Shown one piece after another: positions 1-7,260 of a DNA stretch of 14,752 nucleotides. Each line of letters begins with the position of its first letter. The stretch's first letter is position 1. The notes below the pieces were generated by a model, which was not told the DNA's origin, made no database searches, and saw only the letters and a program-made list of their open reading frames with translations. The stretch is from IMG/VR virus record IMGVR_UViG_3300031565_000009; one strand, given 5' to 3'. The DNA is from a virus. Taxonomy: Duplodnaviria; Heunggongvirae; Uroviricota; Caudoviricetes. Both the position numbers and the translations under genes were made by a program.

Positions 1-644
1 GCCCGATAAATCACGGCCGACTGCCTACCGCTAAGGCTGCGGTTCGCCTTGGGCAGAAGGGACTGCCTGACCTGCTCGGGATGATCCGAAAAATGGAGGA
101 AGCGTCGGGGCAACTCGTCCACATACTGCTGGACCTTCTCGTTGCACTCCACGAACACGCGGGTGTAGCCGTCCTTGGCCTTAATCTTGGAATCTTCCAC
201 CACCGAGACCGCCAGCCGGTGATCCTGGATGGCCGGGACAAACTCGCCGTTCTCCTCGCGGATGGTCCGATCAATGGCGTTGCTGACAAACTCCCGCAGC
301 GCCATACCCAACTCCGTCCAGTCGATCGCGCCAAAATCGAGTACCCATCCTAAATCGATGGTCCTGGTCGAGGTGCCGCCCAGCTTGCAGACAACTCGCT
401 GGACCCGCTTACGGGTCAATCCGTCGTCCACCTCGTCGTCGCGGGTCTGAAAGTCCAGGCGGGTCTTTCCGCAGCAGACGAACACCTTCAGGCCGGCCCG
501 CAGCAGCACGTTGATGGCGTGCTTCGTGCCTGAGCCGAATTGACCGATGGTGCCGTCCACACCGCAGTCGCGAGTCGTGCTGACGCCGAGCAGGGTGTAG
601 CCTTCGACCGGAGCCACACCGGGATTCTGAATCATCAGGAACAT
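1..644 (-). CDS. GHKL-like ATPase with permuted motif order, 3'-truncated by the window edge (at least 214 aa)
   Basis: Hand translation from ATG 644 (SD GAAGAGG upstream) is open to the edge: MFLMIQNPGVAPVEGYTLLGVSTTRDCGVDGTIGQFGSGTKHAINVLLRAG...WTELGMALREFVSNAIDR...KDGYTRVFVE. Not in the ORF track because no stop lies in the window. Confidence 0.8.
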   Translation of the reverse strand, partial: MFLMIQNPGVAPVEGYTLLGVSTTRDCGVDGTIGQFGSGTKHAINVLLRAGLKVFVCCGKTRLDFQTRDDEVDDGLTRKRVQRVVCKLGGTSTRTIDLGWVLDFGAIDWTELGMALREFVSNAIDRTIREENGEFVPAIQDHRLAVSVVEDSKIKAKDGYTRVFVECNEKVQQYVDELPRRFLHFSDHPEQVRQSLLPKANRSLSGRQSAVIYR

Positions 645-686
645 GAATGCCTCTTCATCACGGATGTCGTACTTGACCTCTATTCA

Positions 687-714
687 AGAATAGCACGAAA
701 GTGGCCAAAGTCAA
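687..714 (-). promoter_or_regulatory. Conserved sigma70-type promoter, family copy 1
   Basis: Minus strand TTGACT-TTGGCCACTTTCGTGC-TATTCT-TGAATAGAG: 16-bp spacer, extended -10 TG, upstream of ATG 644. Confidence 0.75.
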
Positions 715-732
715 ATAGGCCAGCACAAATTT

Positions 733-873
733 CTAGCGAAAAACGAGAAACGCGAAAAGCACGATCAGAACAAGAAAAATGAAGACGACAAGTACCCGCC
801 CAAACGGAATCGGTCTCTCGCCCTCCTCTGGCGGATAGACCAAATTGACAACCATCTCAATGAGCCATTTCAT
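733..873 (-). CDS. Small membrane protein, 46 aa (may instead start at ATG 1095, 120 aa)
   Basis: MKWLIEMVVNLVYPPEEGERPIPFGRVLVVFIFLVLIVLFAFLVFR has a C-terminal hydrophobic helix and is paralogous to the N-terminus of 945-1223. In-frame ATG 1095 has a strong SD (AAAGGAG). Confidence 0.5.
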   Translation of the reverse strand: MKWLIEMVVNLVYPPEEGERPIPFGRVLVVFIFLVLIVLFAFLVFR

Positions 874-944
874 AGGCAAGGTCGAGTTTGCACCTCGCAG
901 GGGCGGCAAATGTACCGATTCGAGCCGCGAAAAAAAGTCCGACA

Positions 945-1223
945 TCAACTCGACGTAGCCCACACCCTCGCTTGCCTCCAGCACCATACCACACAGCCGG
1001 CAGTGGGCTCGCCTCTTGTTGGAGCCCACAGGCTCATCGAAGTCCGCCCGTCGCTCGCGCCGCCAACATCGGAATTGCTCAACCGAAAGTCGCATCCTAC
1101 TCCTTTCAAGACAAGACAGATGAAGACAGCCAACATCCGCCAAAATGGGATCGGCTCCTCACCAGCCTCCGGCGGATAGACAAGATCGACCCAAGCCTCA
1201 ATGAGCCAGCGGAACGGTTTCAT
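945..1223 (-). CDS. Small membrane-associated protein, paralog of 733-873
   Basis: MKPFRWLIEAWVDLVYPPEAGEEPIPFWRMLAVFICLVL... shares the WLIE-x3-LVYPPE-x-GE-x-PIPF motif. The C-terminal half is uncertain. Confidence 0.4.
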   Translation of the reverse strand: MKPFRWLIEAWVDLVYPPEAGEEPIPFWRMLAVFICLVLKGVGCDFRLSNSDVGGASDGRTSMSLWAPTRGEPTAGCVVWCWRQARVWATSS

Positions 1224-1280
1224 CAAAAGACTTCGGGCTGTTCGAGGACCAACCGAACCATCCGTGCGCCAAGGTCCGCG

Positions 1281-2720
1281 CTATCTGAATAGGTCAGAAT
1301 CGTTCAAGGCCAGAAAAGTGAGGCGAGCACCAAGACGGCAACAAGCCTTGTAATATGATTCGCTCAAATGGTCGCTCTCATAATGGTGCGCGAACTCGTG
1401 TATGAGAAGAGTCACGACCTCCTCTGTGATGCCGTGCTCGAAGAAGGCCGCCCCGCAGCGGGAGTAGTTGAACGTCAGCCGACCCTTGCCGTAGGTCGCC
1501 CCATAGGGCCAATGCGGCTCGCGGGCGAAGGTGACAGTCAACGTGGAGTCCAGCAAGAGGTTCGCCAGGGCCTCGGCATAGTCGGCAATCCGCCGCATCC
1601 CCTCAGTCCACTCGCTTTCGGGAATCACATTCAATGGATCACCATCCGGGGAATACGGTTTCGGACTCGGGGTGACGACGCCGGCCGCCGGCAGCACGCC
1701 AGCCCGACTCGCGTTGGACCACTCAGCCGCCGTGAGGCTTCCGCCGTAGACAACGGGCCGTCCCTCAGCCGCCGACCGCTTATTGGCCTCCCGGTCCGAA
1801 GGATCATAGCGGACGGCATTTTCGCCGAAACGAAGGGTCACGGCGGCCTTGACCGCCTCGGTGTTGGCCCGCTCGTCGCTACATGCCTCCCGCACCCACG
1901 TCTGCGGGGCGTCTTCCTTGTCGATCAGATGGTGGGTGGCATTCAGGACCGCCACCCGAATCGTCCGCAAGTAGGCCGGCGTTACGTTGTCGCGGTCCAT
2001 GTTCAACGGCACCTTCTGCTGCACGTCTACATGGAAACGATCGCCCGTCTCAACCACCGGGATGCCCATTTCATAGAGCATCGCAACCTCACCCTCGGCC
2101 GGCTCGTAGACTCGCACCAACGTCTTGCGGCTGGTCTTCCGCAGCACACCCTCGCCATCTGCCACAACGGTCGGCAGGACTTCGTTGACGAACGCCACTG
2201 GGAAGCGAGATGCCAGAATGCAGCCGTTGAACATCGTGGCAATGTCGGCCGGCGGAATCAGCCGCTTGACGGCCTGATTGATCTCTTCCAGGTCAGCTTT
2301 TGTCATAGGGATCGTGGCACGGAACAAGGAACCGGCATCTCGCCGATGACGCGAAGCATGCCGCCCGTGCTCGTTGAACCACACGCCGCCGGTCGTCGTT
2401 TCGATGCAGGCGGCCTTTGCCAAAGCCAAAACCAGTTTCTCGCCCAGGTTAAAGCGGCCCCGTTGCCCGACATTCCCTTTCTTCCGGCTCTCGGCAAACA
2501 AGGTATAAGCGTCCCGCAGGTCCGCAAACCCATCTGGGTCATCATCAACCACGGTGATTTGCGCACTGCGCGTGCCGGCTACTAGCTCCAACGTCACGTC
2601 CACGCGGGTGACATTCTGATCCCAGGCGTTTTGCAGGAGTTCATAGACAATGAACGCCTTGGGCTTACTCGCCACCAGCTTTGCCAAGCCGGCTTTGTCC
2701 ACATCAAACCAGTTGCCCAT
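1281..2720 (-). CDS. GHKL (Hsp90/MutL/Topo VI-B-like) ATPase with C-terminal HExxH zincin-like module, 479 aa
   Basis: N-box ELLQNAWD (E27/N31), G1-like VVDDDPDG, G2-like GQRGRFNLGEKL, C-terminal LLIHEFAHHYESDH. SD GAGGTGAG before ATG 2720. Confidence 0.85.
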   Translation of the reverse strand: MGNWFDVDKAGLAKLVASKPKAFIVYELLQNAWDQNVTRVDVTLELVAGTRSAQITVVDDDPDGFADLRDAYTLFAESRKKGNVGQRGRFNLGEKLVLALAKAACIETTTGGVWFNEHGRHASRHRRDAGSLFRATIPMTKADLEEINQAVKRLIPPADIATMFNGCILASRFPVAFVNEVLPTVVADGEGVLRKTSRKTLVRVYEPAEGEVAMLYEMGIPVVETGDRFHVDVQQKVPLNMDRDNVTPAYLRTIRVAVLNATHHLIDKEDAPQTWVREACSDERANTEAVKAAVTLRFGENAVRYDPSDREANKRSAAEGRPVVYGGSLTAAEWSNASRAGVLPAAGVVTPSPKPYSPDGDPLNVIPESEWTEGMRRIADYAEALANLLLDSTLTVTFAREPHWPYGATYGKGRLTFNYSRCGAAFFEHGITEEVVTLLIHEFAHHYESDHLSESYYKACCRLGARLTFLALNDSDLFR

Positions 2721-2739
2721 AATCTCACCTCAAGCAATT

Positions 2740-2768
2740 ATTCTACTGGATAGAATTGCACAAGACAA
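2740..2768 (-). promoter_or_regulatory. sigma70-type promoter for the GHKL gene
   Basis: Minus strand TTGTCT-N17-TAGAAT in the intergenic gap, 20 nt upstream of ATG 2720. Confidence 0.6.
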
Positions 2769-2822
2769 CAGCAGCCTTCTTGGCGTCGGCCAGGACGTAT
2801 TCCCCAGGCTTGCCATGCCACG

Positions 2823-3791
2823 CTAGTTGCTTTCGCCATTCCCCAGAAACTCGATCACGTTGTTCCAGCGGGTGCTGACCTTGCCCAACTGGTCGCGGCC
2901 GGTTCGCTGCCGCTCCAATGCCTCCTCCCAGGCGTCCTGGTCGATCTGTGCCTCCACAGTCTGGCGGATCAAGTCCACGATCACTGCCGGCTCCAGGGCA
3001 TCCAACTCCCAGGAGTCCGCACCGTACAATTCCGCATAAGAGCGGTAGCGGACATCTGTGGTCTTAGCCGGGTTGGGCGGCGGATCATACTGCTCGACTT
3101 GATCGTAAGTCAAAGCGATCCGCAAGACAATGACTGAAGAGCCAAACAACTCCAGCCGATCTTGAATATCGCGGCTCATGTCAATCCCGGACGGATCATG
3201 GTCTCCCAGATGCACAATGAATGTCTTCTTGTCGCATTTCTCGCGCTCGATAAGCCGCTGAGCCGCTCCCCACATTTCCGACTGCGAAGTGTAGCCCTTG
3301 CACGCAAAGTAGGGCACATCCAGATCGGTGCAGACGCCTTCCAGAACGCCAATCAGGGCCTCTTTCTCAACCCACACCTCGACATAGTTCTCCTGAGTCT
3401 CCCACAGGTCCACAGCATACTGGCCGGCGCACGCCCGCACGATGGATCGCGGACTCGACCAGTGTGGGCTGCTTTGCAGGTTGCGGGTCCGGTCTTCAAT
3501 GGCGTCCCAGTCGATCAGGCCAGCCAGCCGACCGTCACTGGCAACATCGACCAGCCGCTTGTAGTTCTTTGGTGTGTTCTTCGTATCCGGCGGCAGACCG
3601 TTCTTCAAATTGTAAGCCCGGTCGATCCACGAGTCAGGAAACAGGTCGCGGGCGATGAACTGGTAATAAAGCTGACGCACGGTCAGTTTGAATCCCTGCT
3701 GCAAATAATCGGTGATGATGGCGTTGGCACGCTTGATGATGGCCAGCGAGTCAGAACGGAAACGCTTCTTGACATAGGTGATGCAGGGCAT
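2823..3791 (-). CDS. Spo11/Topo VI-A-like WHD-TOPRIM protein (Mini-A-like), 322 aa
   Basis: LTVRQLYY (Y42/Y43) matches the Spo11/Top6A TxRxxYY catalytic-tyrosine motif. TOPRIM glutamate motif VEVWVEKEAL, GY-S motif CKGYTSQS, DxD in HLGDHDPSG, and a downstream WELDAL motif. Confidence 0.85.
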   Translation of the reverse strand: MPCITYVKKRFRSDSLAIIKRANAIITDYLQQGFKLTVRQLYYQFIARDLFPDSWIDRAYNLKNGLPPDTKNTPKNYKRLVDVASDGRLAGLIDWDAIEDRTRNLQSSPHWSSPRSIVRACAGQYAVDLWETQENYVEVWVEKEALIGVLEGVCTDLDVPYFACKGYTSQSEMWGAAQRLIEREKCDKKTFIVHLGDHDPSGIDMSRDIQDRLELFGSSVIVLRIALTYDQVEQYDPPPNPAKTTDVRYRSYAELYGADSWELDALEPAVIVDLIRQTVEAQIDQDAWEEALERQRTGRDQLGKVSTRWNNVIEFLGNGESN

Positions 3792-3826
3792 GGTGTTGGC
3801 TCAATAGAGGAACAAAGCGTGAAAAC

Positions 3827-4234
3827 TTACGATGGCATGGAAACTGTTTCAAGATACCCCACGACCCTCTGCATCGCGGCGCGGGCCTCCTGCCACAATG
3901 CCCGCAATTGCGGATCGAAAATCCGTGCAGGCGGAATGAAACTGTAAATCGCGTACCCCAGCCCTTCATAGCTGACAACTTCCTTGACGATAGAGGCATC
4001 AATCGGCCCCTTGGGAAGCGGCTCCGGCGGCGAAATCTCCGGCATCCGCTTCGCCGTGTCCGCCACCCACGCCCCGGGCTCGGGATACAGCGGATGCGGG
4101 ACCTGCCCAGCCTTCATGGCGACCTTTATGACAGCCTTTCCATTGCGCTTGCAGCCGAAGTCGTGGCCGCACTCACAGACGAGTTTCCGGGCACCATGAC
4201 TGGTGCCGCAGTCGGGGCATCTCTTCATTGGCAT
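3827..4234 (-). CDS. Hypothetical protein with N-terminal Zn ribbon, 135 aa
   Basis: CPDC-x10-CECG at the N-terminus; overlaps the upstream gene and is co-oriented with the operon. Confidence 0.7.
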   Translation of the reverse strand: MPMKRCPDCGTSHGARKLVCECGHDFGCKRNGKAVIKVAMKAGQVPHPLYPEPGAWVADTAKRMPEISPPEPLPKGPIDASIVKEVVSYEGLGYAIYSFIPPARIFDPQLRALWQEARAAMQRVVGYLETVSMPS

Positions 4235-4548
4235 TTGAGCACCACACTGGATTCAAATTTCTTCACGACTTCCAGTTTCGTGCCGGCCGGAATCACTTGA
4301 TTTTCATCCTTGAACTCCGGCACATAAGCTACCAATCCCTTGTAACCATCGTGAACAAAAAATCGTGGCCCCATGCCATCAATGATGCAGTATTCAGAAA
4401 TCCGAACACACATCTTGCCAGTATGTGGATGCGGCTTTAGTCTAGCCCCCTTGTCACACACCAAAACATCACCCACCAAGACGCCACGCTCACGCAAGGC
4501 ATCCGAGTCCTTCCAGTATTGCTCCCATTCCTCTTTGTTAAGTTGCAT
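4225..4548 (-). CDS. Hypothetical protein, 107 aa
   Basis: Restarted at ATG 4548 (MQLNKEEW...) because of SD AGGAGG; overlaps both neighbours by 10-11 nt. Confidence 0.7.
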   Translation of the reverse strand: MQLNKEEWEQYWKDSDALRERGVLVGDVLVCDKGARLKPHPHTGKMCVRISEYCIIDGMGPRFFVHDGYKGLVAYVPEFKDENQVIPAGTKLEVVKKFESSVVLKCQ

Positions 4549-4726
4549 TCTCAGCCTCCTCGTGGGCCAATTCCAAGAAAGCCTCCCTCTCGTTGCCGTC
4601 GATCTTGACAAGCCACTGGGAGGCAAGGCTGCAATTGAACTCAATGCCAAGTGCTCGGGCGGCCGACACGACGCCAATCTTCGCCCGGCCACAGTCTTCA
4701 TGCACATCATTTGGGTGGATAATCAT
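4538..4726 (-). CDS. Hypothetical protein, 62 aa
   Basis: ATG 4726 with SD AAAGGA; fills the gap in a coupled gene run. Confidence 0.6.
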   Translation of the reverse strand: MIIHPNDVHEDCGRAKIGVVSAARALGIEFNCSLASQWLVKIDGNEREAFLELAHEEAENAT

Positions 4727-4728
4727 CG

Positions 4729-4869
4729 CTAGTCCTTTTGCAAGTCCTGGATTTTCAGAGAGATCGGGTCCAATTTGGCGGCGATCTCAGGGTGCGTGTC
4801 CCAAAGTTCTTCCATCAAGTCGCCAAGGTCTAGTTCAATCTCAAACAGCTTCTCATCTAGGCTGGCCAC
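4729..4869 (-). CDS. Small acidic helical protein, 46 aa (not in ORF track)
   Basis: GTG 4869 with SD GGAG: MASLDEKLFEIELDLGDLMEELWDTHPEIAAKLDPISLKIQDLQKD, stop TAG 4731-4729; fills the gap between neighbours. Confidence 0.6.
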   Translation of the reverse strand: MASLDEKLFEIELDLGDLMEELWDTHPEIAAKLDPISLKIQDLQKD

Positions 4870-5141
4870 GGTTCAATCTCCAATGCCAATTCGGCACAGT
4901 ACAAAGCAAACTTGCGGCTGTAGTCAACATGACCTTCAGCTTGATTCTCAACCTTCATCACGTCGAACAAGGTGGCCTGGGGCGCATCATTCTTCAAACG
5001 GATGGCATTTACGAGACGGAACATCACATCTCGTTCATAACGAACCCATTCCAGTTCGCCGTCCACCATCGCATTCTTCTGTAATCGAAGTTCTTGTGCC
5101 TTACTCAAAGCTGACAAGAACATATCCGAAAGTTGTCGCAT
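4857..5141 (-). CDS. Phage-type hypothetical protein, 94 aa
   Basis: ATG 5141 with SD GGGAG. C-terminal AEGHVDYSRKFALYCAEL resembles a motif I recall from uncharacterised phage proteins (unverified). Confidence 0.7.
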   Translation of the reverse strand: MRQLSDMFLSALSKAQELRLQKNAMVDGELEWVRYERDVMFRLVNAIRLKNDAPQATLFDVMKVENQAEGHVDYSRKFALYCAELALEIEPWPA

Positions 5142-5167
5142 CACTTCTCCCTGCCGAATGCTCCAAG

Positions 5168-5386
5168 TCACTTCTTGAATCCCATCGCCTTCAGTTGTTT
5201 GTCGGTATGCGGCCAGCACGGGCCGTCATCGGGAAACTGTTGCTCGTGGGCGCGGGCGCATTCCGCACACGGATGCTCCCAGAAACCGTGTTTATTCAGC
5301 TTGCCGATGCCAAAGGTGAGGCAGTCATGAATGCCGGTGCTGATCTGGCAGGTGTGGCCCTCGGGTCTAACGAATACCTTTGCCAT
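5168..5386 (-). CDS. Small Cys/His-rich protein, 72 aa
   Basis: ATG 5386 with a G-rich SD (GGGGAGGG); contains HTC, HPCAECARAHE and GPCWPH. Confidence 0.65.
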   Translation of the reverse strand: MAKVFVRPEGHTCQISTGIHDCLTFGIGKLNKHGFWEHPCAECARAHEQQFPDDGPCWPHTDKQLKAMGFKK

Positions 5387-5648
5387 CCATCCCTCCCCAC
5401 CGCTTCGCGTAAGCCACAAACTGGCTCCGGGCAGTGAATTTTTCAGTGCGCTTGATACACGCTTCACAGAGGCAGATGGCGATGTCACCCCAATTGGCAC
5501 CGTCGCTGCCTTGGCAATCGGTCAGCGGATGGGAAAAGTAGTCATCACCCACCACAGCAGTGCAACCCTGGCAACAGTTGACTTCGGTGTACTTGCCGTC
5601 GTCACTGCGCTGCTCCTGGCGAGCCTCTTGTTTAGGCGTTCGCGGCAT
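5367..5648 (-). CDS. Small Cys-rich (putative Zn-binding) protein, 93 aa
   Basis: ATG 5648 with SD GGAG; CCQGC and CLCEAC motifs; overlaps both neighbours. Confidence 0.65.
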   Translation of the reverse strand: MPRTPKQEARQEQRSDDGKYTEVNCCQGCTAVVGDDYFSHPLTDCQGSDGANWGDIAICLCEACIKRTEKFTARSQFVAYAKRWGGMDGKGIR

Positions 5649-6288
5649 TGACGATCTCCAATTCTTCCTCAGCCGGCTCCCCGGCTGGTTCCTCAATCTC
5701 CGGCGGCTCCGGAGCCTCGCCTTCGAGATACATCTGCTCACCACAGGCGCAGGTAGGGCACCCCGCCACGTCGATCCACTTCTGAGTCATTCGGCAGATG
5801 CAGCCGCACTCGGGGCACTCTACCTTGAGCATCCGCGTGCCCTGTTTAGGCGGGGCATTGGAGTGCTTCAACTCGGCGTGCGGATAGGGGCCAATCTGGT
5901 CAACGATCTCCTGGAGCCGCACTTTGAGGGTATCGCCAGCATGTGTAGCAGTCAGCTTGCCCTCCAGGCCAATCTTGCGGGCCACACCCTTGAAGCGGCC
6001 ACGATGCCCCTGATCGAGGCCAGCAACACAATGGCACAACTCGTGGACCAGCGTGGCGGCCACCTCGATGGGGTCCCTCAGCACGGGCGAAATGAAAGTC
6101 TCAAAGTGCTGGTCGCCGGAACACTCAGCACTCCACGCCTCACCGATCCGCTTCTTCTTTTGAGCCAGGCCAGACTTGGATGGCCAGGAGCAGGAGGCTC
6201 TGATCTTCTCGGGCAAAACGAAGCCGATCCTCTCGAAATCAGGACGCAGCTTCTCAATGCACTTCAACAGCCATTCTTCGCGTATCAC
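5632..6288 (-). CDS. SprT-like zinc metalloprotease with C-terminal Zn ribbon and acidic tail, 218 aa
   Basis: ATLVHELCHCVAGLDQGHRGRF (HExxH plus third His), KVECPECG...CPTCACG, Glu/Pro-rich tail. GTG start with SD GGAG. Confidence 0.85.
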   Translation of the reverse strand: MIREEWLLKCIEKLRPDFERIGFVLPEKIRASCSWPSKSGLAQKKKRIGEAWSAECSGDQHFETFISPVLRDPIEVAATLVHELCHCVAGLDQGHRGRFKGVARKIGLEGKLTATHAGDTLKVRLQEIVDQIGPYPHAELKHSNAPPKQGTRMLKVECPECGCICRMTQKWIDVAGCPTCACGEQMYLEGEAPEPPEIEEPAGEPAEEELEIVNAANA

Positions 6289-6328
6289 GGTGCCGTCTCC
6301 AGATATATAAACGCCTTAGCTCTATTCA

Positions 6329-6356
6329 AGAATACCACGAAGGTGGCCAAAGTCAA
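6329..6356 (-). promoter_or_regulatory. Conserved sigma70-type promoter, family copy 2
   Basis: TTGACT-TTGGCCACCTTCGTGG-TATTCT-TGAATAGAG; only 2 differences from copy 1 over 37 bp. Confidence 0.8.
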
Positions 6357-6640
6357 ATAGAAATCAGGGCATCGCAGCCAACCAGGATGTTCTCCATCTG
6401 GTCGAGACGGTCATAGCACCTGTAGCGGCCCGCCAACTGTGTCGCCGTGGATAGGTACTCCTCATACCTGACTGAGCGAACACGTTGACGACCCCGGCTG
6501 ATCTGCGGGTAGCGCTTCCGCCGAATCTTCTCAGCCAGGCTGATAGCCAGATGGCCGCCTTGACTCTTCATCACGTTCACTGGCATCCACAGCCCCCGGC
6601 CATGCTTAGCCTTCACCTCGATCACAAAGTAGTCCATCAT
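6353..6640 (-). CDS. Hypothetical basic protein, 95 aa
   Basis: ATG preceded by TGAGG and 3 nt downstream of the upstream stop; co-oriented. Confidence 0.55.
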   Translation of the reverse strand: MMDYFVIEVKAKHGRGLWMPVNVMKSQGGHLAISLAEKIRRKRYPQISRGRQRVRSVRYEEYLSTATQLAGRYRCYDRLDQMENILVGCDALISI

Positions 6641-6643
6641 GCC

Positions 6644-6955
6644 TCACAATAGGGTAATGTCTGCTGTACCATCATCAGATACACTCCGACGATGGCCGAT
6701 TTCTCGCACTTCGTATGTAATCCTAACTCTCGACTCCTGACGAAAGTAAACCCACACCTCGATGATAGTGCCCTGCAAGTAGCCTTCACCCCATCGAAAG
6801 TGAATGCGTTGACCAGGCTTGAATCGAGACACAGGAAGGTCCCCTGGAGTGACGCCGGCCGGCCAGGAAGCCTGCACCAACTCGTAGCAAGGCGGATCAT
6901 TGGAAAACGGCGTCCATTGCACGCCATCCCACTTCGCGCAAAAGGCTTCCCTCAT
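6644..6955 (-). CDS. Hypothetical protein, possible SH3/KOW-like C-terminal beta-barrel, 103 aa
   Basis: RFKPGQRIHFRWGEGYLQGTIIEV pattern; co-oriented in the operon. Confidence 0.55.
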   Translation of the reverse strand: MREAFCAKWDGVQWTPFSNDPPCYELVQASWPAGVTPGDLPVSRFKPGQRIHFRWGEGYLQGTIIEVWVYFRQESRVRITYEVREIGHRRSVSDDGTADITLL

Positions 6956-7104
6956 GGCTGCGTCTCGACTCGTGTATCAGCACCCACAGGGACGCCGTAC
7001 TTCTTCAGCCACTCCACCATCTTGCCGCTCTTGTACTGGATAATCTGGTTTTATCCTCTCAAACCTCAATACCTTGACGCGAAGGGTCAAAATTTCTCAC
7101 CGCG

Positions 7105-7260
7105 CTACGCATGAGCAAGGGCGTGGACCTTGCGCCGCTGAGCATTCCAGCCCCAGACGCTATTGATCTCCTCCCTCCGATCCAATAGGCCGTACTTCTG
7201 CATCAGCCGCTCAATCCGCTTTTTCCGCTTCGTGTTCAGCTTCCGCGTTCTCCAGTACAT
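7105..7260 (-). CDS. Small basic protein, 51 aa (not in ORF track)
   Basis: ATG 7260 with SD AAGGA: MYWRTRKLNTKRKKRIERLMQKYGLLDRREEINSVWGWNAQRRKVHALAHA. It overlaps the upstream gene by 50 nt, hence low confidence. Confidence 0.4.
   Translation of the reverse strand: MYWRTRKLNTKRKKRIERLMQKYGLLDRREEINSVWGWNAQRRKVHALAHA

Noticed and set aside
1368-2585. 405-aa plus-strand ORF; likewise 3162-3947, 5560-6360, 8978-9562, 9584-9976, 10170-11297 and 11080-11742
   Set aside because: Antisense shadows of motif-bearing minus-strand genes in GC-rich DNA, with no recognisable domains or plus-strand promoters.
2823-3791. Wadjet (JetABCD) system
   Set aside because: No SMC, kleisin or KITE genes in the window, and the gene context is phage-like.
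6952-7020. 22-codon minus-strand ORF MVEWLKKYGVPVGADTRVETQP overlapping ATG 6955
   Set aside because: Too short to support and has only a weak SD; it could be a remnant or coupling peptide, but there is no further evidence.
7066-7090. Possible further member of the promoter family (TTGACC...TATTGA; TTGAC/GTCAA inverted repeat)
   Set aside because: The spacer is only 13 bp and lacks the GCCA spacer motif.
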